64,000 nt of DNA from Alphaproteobacteria bacterium. GTDB lineage: Bacteria; Pseudomonadota; Alphaproteobacteria; GCA-2731375. The translations under genes and the position numbers were made by a program. Below are positions 39,874 through 49,383 of this stretch, one piece after another (within the stretch, counting starts at the first letter, position 1; each line of letters starts with the position of its first letter). Below the pieces are notes generated by a model, which searched no databases, was not told the DNA's origin, and saw only the letters and a list, made by a program, of their open reading frames with translations. The DNA is taken from the NCBI GenBank assembly GCA_965225945.1, contig CBDDBZ010000030.1, positions 32,001 through 96,000 on the forward strand. Reading direction: 5' to 3'.

Positions 39874-41750
39874 GCGAGGTGCTCCGAATCGAGGATCTGG
39901 CGGTCGAGTTCCGTGTCGCCGAAGGCGTCATCCGGGCGGTCAACGGCGTCTCCTTCTCGGTGCCGCGCGGCGGCACGGTGGCGTTGGTGGGCGAATCCGG
40001 CTCGGGCAAGACCGTGGTCAGCCAGTCGGTGCTCAGAATTTTGCCGAAGGTCGCGCGAATCAGTCGGGGCCGGATCCTGTTCGACGATCCGGGTCGTGAC
40101 GGCCCGCCCGTCGACCTCGCCGCGCTGCCGGCCGACGGCCGCGAGATGCGGACCATCCGGGGCGACAGCATCTCGATCATCTTCCAGGAGCCGATGACCT
40201 CGCTTTCGCCACTCCACACGGTGGGCAACCAGATCGGCGAGGCGCTGTTGTTGCATCGCGACATGGACGCAGCCGGCGCGCGTGAGATGACCGTCGATAT
40301 GCTGCATCTGGTGAGTTTCCCGGAGCCGGAGCGGGCGATCCATAAATATCCCTTCGAGCTCTCCGGCGGCCTGCGCCAGCGGGCGATGATCGCGATGGCG
40401 CTGATCTGCCGACCGTCCCTGCTGATCGCCGACGAACCGACCACCGCCCTCGACGTCACCATTCAGGCGCAGATCCTGAAGCTGATGAACGACCTGCAGG
40501 CCGAGCTCGGCATGGCGGTGCTGATGATCACCCACGATCTGGGCGTGGTGGCCAACGTCGCCGACGAGGTCGTGGTGATGTACCACGGCCAGATCATGGA
40601 GAAGGGGGGGCTGGAGGACCTCTTCCGCGACCCCCGCCATCCCTACATGAAGGCGCTGCTGAGGGCGGTGCCGCGCTTCGGCATGAAGTCGGGCGAGCGG
40701 CTGGTGCCGCTTCGCGCCATCGAAGCCCAGGCTGGTGCGCTGCTGAAGCGCAAGGAGGTCGCCCCGCCTTGCGCCGACGACCGGCCGCTGCTCGACATCC
40801 AGGGTCTGAGCAAGACCTTCACCACCCGCCGGCGGAGCCTTTTCGGTAGCCGCGCCGCCGGCCGTCAGCTCGCCATCGACAATGTCAGCTTCCACATCGA
40901 TCGCGGCGAGTGTCTGGGCCTGGTGGGCGAGAGCGGCTGCGGCAAGACCACCACGTCGAAGATCATCATGCGGGCGATCGCGCCGGATGCGGGCGAAGTC
41001 AGTTTCAACGGTTCCGACGGCGAATCGGACGTCCTGGCGCTGCAGGGGGAACGGCTGTTTCGGTATCGCCGGCAGGTCCAGTTCATCTTCCAGGACCCGT
41101 TCAGCTCGCTCAACCCCCGGATGACGGTCTACGACATCATCGCCGAGCCGCTGCTGATCCACGAGATCGGCGACCGGGCCGAGCGGGCCGAGCGGGTCAA
41201 GGAGCTGATGAACCTGGTCGGCCTCGATCCCAGGTTTCTCCGGCGCTATCCGCACAGCTTCTCCGGCGGGCAGCGGCAACGGATCGGCATCGCCCGGGCG
41301 CTGGCGCTGCAGCCGGAGATGCTGATCTGCGACGAGCCGGTCTCCGCCCTCGACGTCAGCGTGCAGGCACAGGTCCTCAACCTGCTGAAGGACCTGCAGG
41401 ACGAGTTGGGTCTGACGTATCTCTTCATCTCGCACAATCTGGCGGTGGTCGACTACGTCGCCAAGCGGATCGCCGTGATGTGCGCCGGGCGGGTGGTCGA
41501 GATCGCGCCGCGCGAGGTTCTTTTCCGCGATCCGGTGCACCCCTATACCAGGGCGCTGCTCGCCGCCGTGCCCAAGGCCGATCCCGGCGCCCGGCTCGAC
41601 CTCACGGCGCTGATGCAGGGCAAGGCCTCCGACCCCGGCGCCTGGCCGGCGCCATTCACACTGGACGAATCGATTCACGTGGATATGATCGACCTCGGCG
41701 AGGACCACCATGTCCGCGCCCAAGAAAAACCGGAAGGCTACGGGTCCTAA
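39870..41750 (+). CDS. Peptide/nickel-type ABC importer, fused double ATPase
   Basis: Two NBDs: GESGSGKT/LSGGLRQ and GESGCGKT/FSGGQRQ. Confidence 0.95.
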   Translation: MSEVLRIEDLAVEFRVAEGVIRAVNGVSFSVPRGGTVALVGESGSGKTVVSQSVLRILPKVARISRGRILFDDPGRDGPPVDLAALPADGREMRTIRGDSISIIFQEPMTSLSPLHTVGNQIGEALLLHRDMDAAGAREMTVDMLHLVSFPEPERAIHKYPFELSGGLRQRAMIAMALICRPSLLIADEPTTALDVTIQAQILKLMNDLQAELGMAVLMITHDLGVVANVADEVVVMYHGQIMEKGGLEDLFRDPRHPYMKALLRAVPRFGMKSGERLVPLRAIEAQAGALLKRKEVAPPCADDRPLLDIQGLSKTFTTRRRSLFGSRAAGRQLAIDNVSFHIDRGECLGLVGESGCGKTTTSKIIMRAIAPDAGEVSFNGSDGESDVLALQGERLFRYRRQVQFIFQDPFSSLNPRMTVYDIIAEPLLIHEIGDRAERAERVKELMNLVGLDPRFLRRYPHSFSGGQRQRIGIARALALQPEMLICDEPVSALDVSVQAQVLNLLKDLQDELGLTYLFISHNLAVVDYVAKRIAVMCAGRVVEIAPREVLFRDPVHPYTRALLAAVPKADPGARLDLTALMQGKASDPGAWPAPFTLDESIHVDMIDLGEDHHVRAQEKPEGYGS

Positions 41751-43686
41751 CCCTCAACGCCGGAGACGTGACATAATCAGGGGACGCAAGCGGGACGTGA
41801 CCTCGGCGGTCGCGAGCCTTCTACTTGCCGTCTGGTCGACGGCCGGCGCGGCGGCGGCGTATCGGGAAACGCCGTCGTTGAAAGCGGACGTCGAGGCCGG
41901 AAAGTTGCCGCCGATCGAGGCGCGGCTGCCCCGGGTGCCGCGCATCGTCACCCTCGACGGCAAGGGCCGGACGATCGGCAAGCACGGCGGGGAGCTGAAG
42001 ACGCTGATCGGGCGGGCCAAGGATGTCCGCCTGCTCGTGGTCTACGGCTATGCCCGCCTGGTGGTCTACGACGAGAAATTCGAGATCGTGCCGGACATCG
42101 CCGAAAAGGTGACGGTGGAGGAAGGGCGTCGATTCACCTTTCATCTGCGCGCGGGCCACAAATGGTCGGACGGCCAGCCCTTCACCGCCGAGGACTTCCG
42201 CTACTACTGGGAAGACGTCGCCAACAATTACGATCTCTCGCCCGCGGGCCCGCCCAGGATCCTGCGGGTGGCGGGCAAGCCGCCGGTCTTCGAGGTCGTC
42301 GATCGCCACACCGTGCGTTACACCTGGGAGGCGCCCAACCCCTTCTTCCTGCCCCGGCTGGCCGGCGCCTCGCCCCTCTTCATCCATCGCCCGGCGCACT
42401 ATCTGAAACGGTTTCACCAAAAATACGCCGACCCGGAGGCGCTGGAGGCGGCGCTCAAGGCGGTCAGGCGGCGCAACTGGGCGGCACTCCACAACCGGCT
42501 CGACAACATGTACCGCTTCGACAATCCGGCGCTGCCGACGTTGCAGCCCTGGGTCAACGTCTCGAAGCCGTCCGCGACCCGCTTCGTCGCGCGGCGCAAT
42601 CCCTATTTCCACCGCGTCGACGCCGAGGGCCGGCAACTGCCCTATATCGACAGCGTGGTGATGAACATCTCCGACGGGAAGCTGATCCCGGCCAAGGCCG
42701 GTACCGGCGAGGTCGACATCCAGGCCCGCAGCCTGTTCTTCAACAACTACACCTTCCTCAAGGAGAACGAGGAGGCGCACGGTTTCAAGACCCTGCTGTG
42801 GCGCATCGCCAAGGGTTCGCACCTGGCGATTTTCCCCAACCTCAACCATAACGACGAGGTCTGGCGCGCGCTCTTCCGTGACGTCCGCTTCCGCCGTGCG
42901 CTGAGCTTGGCGATCGACCGCGCGGCGATCAACGAGACCATGTTCTTCGGCCTGGCGAGCGAGGCCAACAACACCGTGCTGGCGGAAAGCCCTCTCTTCA
43001 AGGACGCGTACCGGACCGCGTGGGCCGAATACGACCCCGAGGCCGCCGCCGACCTGCTGGACCAGATCGGCCTTGGGGAGAGCAGCGACGACGACATTCG
43101 CCTGTTGCCCGACGGCCGGCCCTTGGAAATCATCATCGAGACCGCGGGCGAGGACACCGAGCAGACCGATATCCTGCAATTGGTGCAGGAAAATTGGGCG
43201 GAGGTCGGCATCAAGCTCTTCATCAAGCCCTCGCAGCGCGAGATCTTCCGCAACCGAGTCTTTGCCGGGCAGACCATGATGAGCGTGTGGAGCGGCCTGG
43301 AGAACGGCGTGCCCTCGGCCGACACCGCGCCGAACGAACTCGCGCCGACCTCACAGCAGCAATTGCAATGGCCGAAGTGGGGACAGCATTACGAGACGAG
43401 CGGCCTCGCGGGCGAGGCCCCGGACATGGACGAGGCCAAGGAATTGGCGCGGCTCAACGTCGCCTGGCTCGCCGCGCCGGACAAAGCGGCGCGCGCGGCG
43501 ATCTGGCACCAAATGCTGAAGCTGCACGCCGAGCAGGTCTTCACCATCGGCCTGATCTCCGGGGTCAAGCAGCCGATCGTGGTCAAGAACGGCCTTCGCA
43601 ACGTGCCCGAGGAGGGGATCTACAACTGGGACCCGGGGGCGCAGCTCGGCATCTACCGGCCCGACACCTTCTGGTTCGATCGCTGA
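41710..43686 (+). CDS. Family 5 ABC substrate-binding protein (start uncertain; GTG 41797 possible)
   Basis: GKLPPIEARLP, KWSDGQPFTAEDF, RNPYFHRVD..GRQLPYID, FRRALSLAIDR. Confidence 0.92.
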   Translation: MSAPKKNRKATGPNPQRRRRDIIRGRKRDVTSAVASLLLAVWSTAGAAAAYRETPSLKADVEAGKLPPIEARLPRVPRIVTLDGKGRTIGKHGGELKTLIGRAKDVRLLVVYGYARLVVYDEKFEIVPDIAEKVTVEEGRRFTFHLRAGHKWSDGQPFTAEDFRYYWEDVANNYDLSPAGPPRILRVAGKPPVFEVVDRHTVRYTWEAPNPFFLPRLAGASPLFIHRPAHYLKRFHQKYADPEALEAALKAVRRRNWAALHNRLDNMYRFDNPALPTLQPWVNVSKPSATRFVARRNPYFHRVDAEGRQLPYIDSVVMNISDGKLIPAKAGTGEVDIQARSLFFNNYTFLKENEEAHGFKTLLWRIAKGSHLAIFPNLNHNDEVWRALFRDVRFRRALSLAIDRAAINETMFFGLASEANNTVLAESPLFKDAYRTAWAEYDPEAAADLLDQIGLGESSDDDIRLLPDGRPLEIIIETAGEDTEQTDILQLVQENWAEVGIKLFIKPSQREIFRNRVFAGQTMMSVWSGLENGVPSADTAPNELAPTSQQQLQWPKWGQHYETSGLAGEAPDMDEAKELARLNVAWLAAPDKAARAAIWHQMLKLHAEQVFTIGLISGVKQPIVVKNGLRNVPEEGIYNWDPGAQLGIYRPDTFWFDR

Positions 43687-43783
43687 GGGCGGCGCGGCGC
43701 GGGCGATGGCGCCAGCGTCTCGCGCGCGCCTTGGCGCGACGGCGGCGCCTGAGATAGTCTAATAGCGATGGACGTAAGTCCCG

Positions 43784-43819
43784 ACCGCCCCGCTAGTGGA
43801 TAGAATCCACTAGGGCGGT
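43784..43819. repeat. Intergenic hairpin with core CTAGTGGAT-aga-ATCCACTAG
   Basis: Perfect 9-bp-arm core 43793-43813 extended by ACCGCCC/GGGCGGT. Confidence 0.8.
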
Positions 43820-43855
43820 TGGTTTAGGACTCGCCGAGGGGACGCGGGGCGTTTT

Positions 43856-44881
43856 ATGTTCGGTTACCTGGTGCAGCGGGTCTTGATCATGATCCCGACG
43901 CTGCTGGTGATCAGCGGCGTCACCTTTTTGATCATTCAAGCGCCGCCCGGCGACTATCTCTCCAACGAGATGGCGCGCCTGATCGCCGACGGCGACCACG
44001 CGGCGGCGGAGAAGCTGGCCTTCCTCCGCAAGGAATTCGGCCTCGACAAGCCGATGCTGGAGCAGTACGTGGTCTGGCTCGGCGTCTGGCCCGGCAACAA
44101 CGGTTTCTCCGGTATATTGCAGGCTGATTTCGGCTGGTCGTTCGAATACCAGCTGCCGGTCGACCAAGTGGTCGGAGACCGCCTGCTGCTCTCCTTTGTG
44201 CTGAACTTCGTCACCATCCTGTTCGTCTACGCGGTCAGCTTCCCGATCGGCGTCTACACCGCCGTCCGCCAGTATTCGTTCGGCGATCACGCGATGACCT
44301 TCATCGGCTACATCGGACTGGCGACGCCCAACTTCCTGCTGGCGCTGATCCTGCTGTTCCTCGCCAAGACCTTCTTCGGGGTTTCGATCGGCGGCTTGAT
44401 GGACGACGACTACATCGACCAGCCGATGTCCTGGGACAAGTTCGTCTCGATCCTGGAGCATCTGGTCGTGCCGGTGATCGTGATCGGCACGTCAGGCACG
44501 GCCGGCATGATTCGCCGCCTTCGCGCCAACCTGCTGGACGAATTGCAGAAGCAATACGTGGTGACGGCGCGGACCAAGGGCATGAGGGCGAGCCGATTGC
44601 TGATCAAGTACCCACTCCGCATGGCGCTCAATCCCTTCGTCGCCGACATCGGCAACCTGTTGCCGCAGATGATCTCCGGCTCGGCCATCGTTTCCGTGGT
44701 GATGAGCCTGCCGACCTCGGGCCCGATGCTGGTCCACGCGCTGCAGAGCCAGGATCAGTATCTCGCCGGCTCCTTCCTGTTGTTCCTCTCCTGCCTCACC
44801 GTGATCGGCATGTTCGTCTCCGACATCCTGTTGGCGGTGTTGGATCCCCGGATCCGGCTGGGCGCGGAGGTGGGCCGATGA
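43856..44881 (+). CDS. ABC importer permease (OppB-like)
   Basis: GLDKP...QY..W, YVVTARTKG EAA-type loop, LDPRIR. Confidence 0.93.
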   Translation: MFGYLVQRVLIMIPTLLVISGVTFLIIQAPPGDYLSNEMARLIADGDHAAAEKLAFLRKEFGLDKPMLEQYVVWLGVWPGNNGFSGILQADFGWSFEYQLPVDQVVGDRLLLSFVLNFVTILFVYAVSFPIGVYTAVRQYSFGDHAMTFIGYIGLATPNFLLALILLFLAKTFFGVSIGGLMDDDYIDQPMSWDKFVSILEHLVVPVIVIGTSGTAGMIRRLRANLLDELQKQYVVTARTKGMRASRLLIKYPLRMALNPFVADIGNLLPQMISGSAIVSVVMSLPTSGPMLVHALQSQDQYLAGSFLLFLSCLTVIGMFVSDILLAVLDPRIRLGAEVGR

Positions 44882-46065
44882 CCAGGCCCGACAGCCCTCC
44901 CGAACACTGGGTCAGCGAGGAGCCGTTCGATCCCCGCACCATCGAGCGCCTGACGCCGGAACAGGAGCGTTTCTACCTCGCGGGCCAATGGCGGCTGATG
45001 TGGTGGAAACTGCGCCGCCATCCCCTGGCGGTGATCAGCGGGATCTTCTTGCTGGTGATCTATGGCACGATCGTGATCAGCGAGATCATCGCCCCGCACG
45101 GTCTGGCCAAGCGCCATGCCCGCTACATCTATGCGCCGCCGCAGTCGGTGCGTTTCTTCCACGAAGGCGACTTCATCGGCCCCTTCGTCCATCCCTATAA
45201 GCGGAGCCGCGATCTCGTGACCCTGAAGCGGATCTACACCGAGGACGAGACGAAGGTTTGGAAAATCGGCCTTTTCTGCAGCGGTGACAAGTACCGGCTC
45301 TGGGGCGTCTTCAAGATGCGCCTGCATCTCTTCTGCGCCGAGCGCACGAGCAAGAGCGGCGAGCTCGAAGCGGCGCCGATCTTCCTCTTCGGCACCGACC
45401 GCCTGGGGCGCGACATCTTCAGCCGGGTGATCTACGGCGCCCGGATTTCGCTCACCGTCGGTCTGATCGGGATCACCATCAGCTTCGTCATCGGCCTAAC
45501 CCTCGGCGGCCTCGCCGGCTATTACGGCGGCTGGGTCGACAATGTGGTGCAGCGGTTGATCGAAATGCTGCGCTCCTTTCCCGAACTGCCGCTCTGGATG
45601 GCGCTCTCGGCGGCACTGCCGGTGACCTGGAGTCCGGTCGCCGTCTTCCTCGGCATCACCGTGATTCTGGGGCTGTTGGACTGGCCGGGACTGGCCCGCG
45701 CCGTCCGCTCGAAGCTGTTGGCGCTGCGCGAGGAGGACTATGCCGCCGCCGCGACGCTGATGGGTGCCAGCCCCAAGCGGGTCATCGCCCGCCATCTCCT
45801 GCCCAACTTCATGAGCCACATCATCGCCTCGTTGACGCTCTCGATCCCCTCGATGATCCTGGGCGAGACCGCGCTCTCCTTCCTCGGCCTCGGCCTCCGG
45901 CCACCGGTGACGAGCTGGGGCGTGTTGCTGAACGAGGCGCAGAACATCAACGCCGTCGCCACCTATCCCTGGCTGATCCTGCCGATGGTGCCGGTGATCC
46001 TGGTGGTGCTGGCCTTCAACTTCTTCGGTGACGGCTTGCGCGACGCGGCCGATCCATACAACTAG
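44878..46065 (+). CDS. ABC importer permease (OppC-like)
   Basis: FGTDRLGRD, GARISL, ETALSFLGLG, FNFFGDGLRDAADP. Confidence 0.93.
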   Translation: MTRPDSPPEHWVSEEPFDPRTIERLTPEQERFYLAGQWRLMWWKLRRHPLAVISGIFLLVIYGTIVISEIIAPHGLAKRHARYIYAPPQSVRFFHEGDFIGPFVHPYKRSRDLVTLKRIYTEDETKVWKIGLFCSGDKYRLWGVFKMRLHLFCAERTSKSGELEAAPIFLFGTDRLGRDIFSRVIYGARISLTVGLIGITISFVIGLTLGGLAGYYGGWVDNVVQRLIEMLRSFPELPLWMALSAALPVTWSPVAVFLGITVILGLLDWPGLARAVRSKLLALREEDYAAAATLMGASPKRVIARHLLPNFMSHIIASLTLSIPSMILGETALSFLGLGLRPPVTSWGVLLNEAQNINAVATYPWLILPMVPVILVVLAFNFFGDGLRDAADPYN

Positions 46066-46080
46066 CGGGAGCGCGCGGCT

Positions 46081-47433
46081 CTACGCGTGCAACACCACCA
46101 GATCCACCGGCTCGCCAAGGCCCTCCACGGCACGGCCGGGGCGGGGCTCGGGCGGCCTCTCGGGGCGGTAGCCCTCGGCCTGGGCGCGGGCCAACGTCGC
46201 CGCCGTGGTGAGCGCCGTGGCGCTTTCCTGCTTGTTCTGCTTTTCGAGCTTGGCGGCGAGGTTGACCGGCTCGCCGATCACCGTGAATTCGAGTCGGCTC
46301 TCTTCGCCGACGGCGCCGAACACCACCGGGCCCGCCGCCACGGCGAAGCCGATCGCCAAGGGCGCCAAGCCCTGCGCCTGGCGGGCTCGGGCCCAATCGT
46401 CGGCTTCGCGGACCAGCGCATCCACGGCGCGGAGCGCGTCGGCGCTCGCCGTCGGGCTCGGCCATACGGCACCGAAGGTGGCGAGGATGCCGTCGCCCAA
46501 GAACTTGTCGATGCTGCCGCCATGGGCCTGAATGACGCCGACCATGCGGTGCTGGTATTCCGCCAGCAGCACCATCAGGGCGTCCGGATCGCTCGACATC
46601 GCGAGATGGGTGAAGCCGCGGACATCTGTGACCAGCACCGCCGCCTCTCGCAGTTCGCCCCGGCCCGGGCGAATCGGAGCCTCGGCGGCGGTGATACGAT
46701 CGGCGATCTCCGGCGCGAAGAAGCGTTCGAGATCGCGGTGCGCCACCTCCTCCGCCACCGAGGCGACCAATAGGCGACGGGCCCGCATCAGGGCCAGGGC
46801 CAGGATCGCCGTGGTCAGCAGGATGGTGATGATCTTGTCGAATTCGGCGCCGATCAGGACCATGGCCGAGGTCATGTAGAGGACGTAGTCGTCGGTGATT
46901 CCCATGCCGGGCGCCGTCGAGCTGATCAGCGCATAGTTCAGCAGCACCAGCCAGCCGAGCGCCGCCGACCCGCCCGCCAAGAGCACGTAGCCGGCGGAGA
47001 AGCGAAGCGCGCGGAGCGCCACGAAGATGAAAACGTAGAGCAGCGTCGGCGCCTTCAGATAGAACGCCGCCGGCTGGCCGTATTGCAGATGGAAGCTCCA
47101 GATCAGCCCCATCAGCAGGCTCATGTCGAAGAACACGGAGAGGGCCACGAACCAAGCAGGCGCGAAGTCACGGCGCAGCAGGATCAGGCGCAACATCGAG
47201 AAGCCGATATAGAGGCCGAGCGCCACCGGCACCGGGGCGAAGGGTTGTTCGGCGGTGAAGGTCTTCGGCGCCAGCGCGTAGAGGGCGGACCAGATGCAGC
47301 CGATCAGCAGTTGGGCGCCGGCGATCAAGCGCTCGCTCTCGATCTCGCGGGCCGCGATCAGCCGGGCCACCCGGGCCGGCGGCGCCGCCTCGAGGCCGGT
47401 GCCGAGCAAGACCCGGCGAAGTCTCTCGATCAT
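46081..47433 (-). CDS. Membrane-bound class III adenylate/guanylate cyclase
   Basis: Multi-TM N-terminus; TDVRGFT, IDKFLGDGILATFG, EFTVIGEPVNLAAKLE. Confidence 0.92.
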   Translation of the reverse strand: MIERLRRVLLGTGLEAAPPARVARLIAAREIESERLIAGAQLLIGCIWSALYALAPKTFTAEQPFAPVPVALGLYIGFSMLRLILLRRDFAPAWFVALSVFFDMSLLMGLIWSFHLQYGQPAAFYLKAPTLLYVFIFVALRALRFSAGYVLLAGGSAALGWLVLLNYALISSTAPGMGITDDYVLYMTSAMVLIGAEFDKIITILLTTAILALALMRARRLLVASVAEEVAHRDLERFFAPEIADRITAAEAPIRPGRGELREAAVLVTDVRGFTHLAMSSDPDALMVLLAEYQHRMVGVIQAHGGSIDKFLGDGILATFGAVWPSPTASADALRAVDALVREADDWARARQAQGLAPLAIGFAVAAGPVVFGAVGEESRLEFTVIGEPVNLAAKLEKQNKQESATALTTAATLARAQAEGYRPERPPEPRPGRAVEGLGEPVDLVVLHA

Positions 47434-47524
47434 GCCGATTCCCTCCCTGGGGAGCCTTCACACCGCGGCGGGTCCGGACGCCGCCCGAAGTTTCGGCGCC
47501 CCGGCCAGCGGAGCCGCGGGCGCG

Positions 47525-48361
47525 TCAGCGCTTTTCGAGCCACAGGCTGGAGGCGAGCGGACCGGGCCAGCCAGGAAGCGACGCAAGTGGACTCGCCGCC
47601 ACACGCGCGGCCATCCGGCGGCGAACGTGGGCGGCGGCAAAGAGCGGTGCGTAGCCACCCGAGGTGAGCAGCGTCGCCACGGCATTCTGCTCGTTGTAGC
47701 CACGCCAACCCCATTCGGCGGGATAGTCGTCGGCGAGGAAGATGTCGTGGAAATGGATCAGGGTGCCCGGCCGCAGCATCGGCAGCACCCGATTTAGCAG
47801 GTCGTCGACGTCGGTTCCGGGCATCAGCACGTGGCTCGAATCGACGAAGAGCATGTCGCCCGGAGCAAGGGGTTCGAATAGCCCCGTCCCGACCGCGCCC
47901 AACGGCCGTTCGATCAGTCGGATGGCGAGACCCCGGAGCGTGGCCCGGGGTGCCGGGTCGATTGCCGTCAGCTCCGTGGCCAGGCCGCCGTCGGCGATCG
48001 CGCGCGCGAGGAACCGGGTCGAATGGCCGGATCCGATCTCGACGATGCGGGCCGGCGCCCGCGCCCGCACCAAGGCGTAGGTGGCGGCCGCGTCGAGCGG
48101 CGGGAACCAGTCCTGGTTCCACCGCGGCGCCGGCGGCGCCTCGTCGCCGATGGCCTCGAGCGCCCCTCGTCGGGCATCGATCTCGTCCAACAGCAGGGCA
48201 AAGGCCGGCTCGCTCTCCCCGAGCAGCGCTTCCACCGGGTCGTAGCACGGCGCCTCCCCCGGTGGTGCCAATCGGTCGGCGTAACGATGGGGGATGAAGA
48301 AGCCGCGCCGGGCGAGGCTGAAGACCGTGGCGAGGCCCATGCAGAGCACGCGCGCCCGCAT
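47525..48361 (-). CDS. Class I SAM-dependent methyltransferase (Methyltransf_24-like)
   Basis: IVEIGSGHST, FVDSSH, IHFHDIF..DYP..W...YNEQ. Confidence 0.88.
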   Translation of the reverse strand: MRARVLCMGLATVFSLARRGFFIPHRYADRLAPPGEAPCYDPVEALLGESEPAFALLLDEIDARRGALEAIGDEAPPAPRWNQDWFPPLDAAATYALVRARAPARIVEIGSGHSTRFLARAIADGGLATELTAIDPAPRATLRGLAIRLIERPLGAVGTGLFEPLAPGDMLFVDSSHVLMPGTDVDDLLNRVLPMLRPGTLIHFHDIFLADDYPAEWGWRGYNEQNAVATLLTSGGYAPLFAAAHVRRRMAARVAASPLASLPGWPGPLASSLWLEKR

Positions 48362-48495
48362 CTAGGACGACACCCCGTGCGGCGCGGCGGCGATCATCGT
48401 CACCACCGGCAATACCAACCGATGTAAGGAACTCGCCATTCATGGCGGTGGGTACAAGCGGCTCTCCGGGCGATGTCGGGCGAGCGGATCATGCC

Positions 48496-49314
48496 TTAGA
48501 GCTCGATCACCAGGCCCTCGCGGGCGACGACGGTGCCGGGTCGGCGCACCTCGGCCTTGGCGGCGATCTGGTCCATGAAGTCGTCGTCGTGGTCGGGGTC
48601 GTGATGGAAGATCACCAGGGTCTCGACCGAGGCCGCATCGCACAGCCGACAGCCCTCCTCCCAGGTCGAGTGACCCCAACCGACCCGCGTGGGATACTCC
48701 TCGTCGGTGTAAGTAGCGTCGTAAATCACCAGGTCCGCGCCCTCGATCAAGGCGAGGATATTCTGGTCGAGGGCGCCCGGTTCGTGCTCGGTGTCGGTCA
48801 GATAACAGACCGCGCGGCCGGCGTGTTCCACCCTGTAGCCGGTGGCGCGGTTCGGATGGTTGAGCGGCGCGGTCTTGACCCGGACGTCCGCGCCGAGCTC
48901 CAGCGTCGTCCCCACCGCGAAATCGCGATAGTCGACGGCGGCGGCAAAAATCCCCGGCGGCACCGGGAACAGTGGGGCGATCATCATGTCTTCCAGCACC
49001 GACTTCAGCGTGTGCTCCGGCAACAAGTGTCCGGCCCAGAGGCGGAATTGGTTCGTCGGATCGAAGAACGGCTTGAAGAAGGGAATGCCGCAGACGTGGT
49101 CGAAATGCGTGTGGGTCAGCAGCAAATCCAGATCCCATGGCCCGCCCCGCGCGTGCAAGGCGTTGCCGAGATAGCGGAGGCCGGTGCCGGCGTCCAGCAA
49201 CAGTGGCCGGCCGCCGCACTCGATCTCGATCGAGGAGGTGTTGCCGCCGTAACGCCGAGTGTCCGCGTTGGGGGTCGAGATGCTGCCGCGCACACCCCAG
49301 AAACGGACCGCCAT
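48496..49314 (-). CDS. MBL-fold metallo-hydrolase (RNase Z/phosphodiesterase-like)
   Basis: FWGVRGS, YGGNTS, LDAGTG, THTHFDH, WGHS, FHHDP. Confidence 0.9.
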   Translation of the reverse strand: MAVRFWGVRGSISTPNADTRRYGGNTSSIEIECGGRPLLLDAGTGLRYLGNALHARGGPWDLDLLLTHTHFDHVCGIPFFKPFFDPTNQFRLWAGHLLPEHTLKSVLEDMMIAPLFPVPPGIFAAAVDYRDFAVGTTLELGADVRVKTAPLNHPNRATGYRVEHAGRAVCYLTDTEHEPGALDQNILALIEGADLVIYDATYTDEEYPTRVGWGHSTWEEGCRLCDAASVETLVIFHHDPDHDDDFMDQIAAKAEVRRPGTVVAREGLVIEL

Positions 49315-49383
49315 CCGTCCTCCCGCGGGCGCCCGTGTTACATCGCTACACATGATATTGGCGGGTCCGCCCGGCGCGCGCCC

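Noticed and set aside
29387-49314. Pycsar/CBASS-type antiphage system suggested by cyclase plus cNMP-binding protein
   Set aside because: The cyclase is membrane-bound with adenine-type specificity residues, lies 16 kb from the receptor, and the receptor has no TM or TIR effector domain. The context is biosynthetic.
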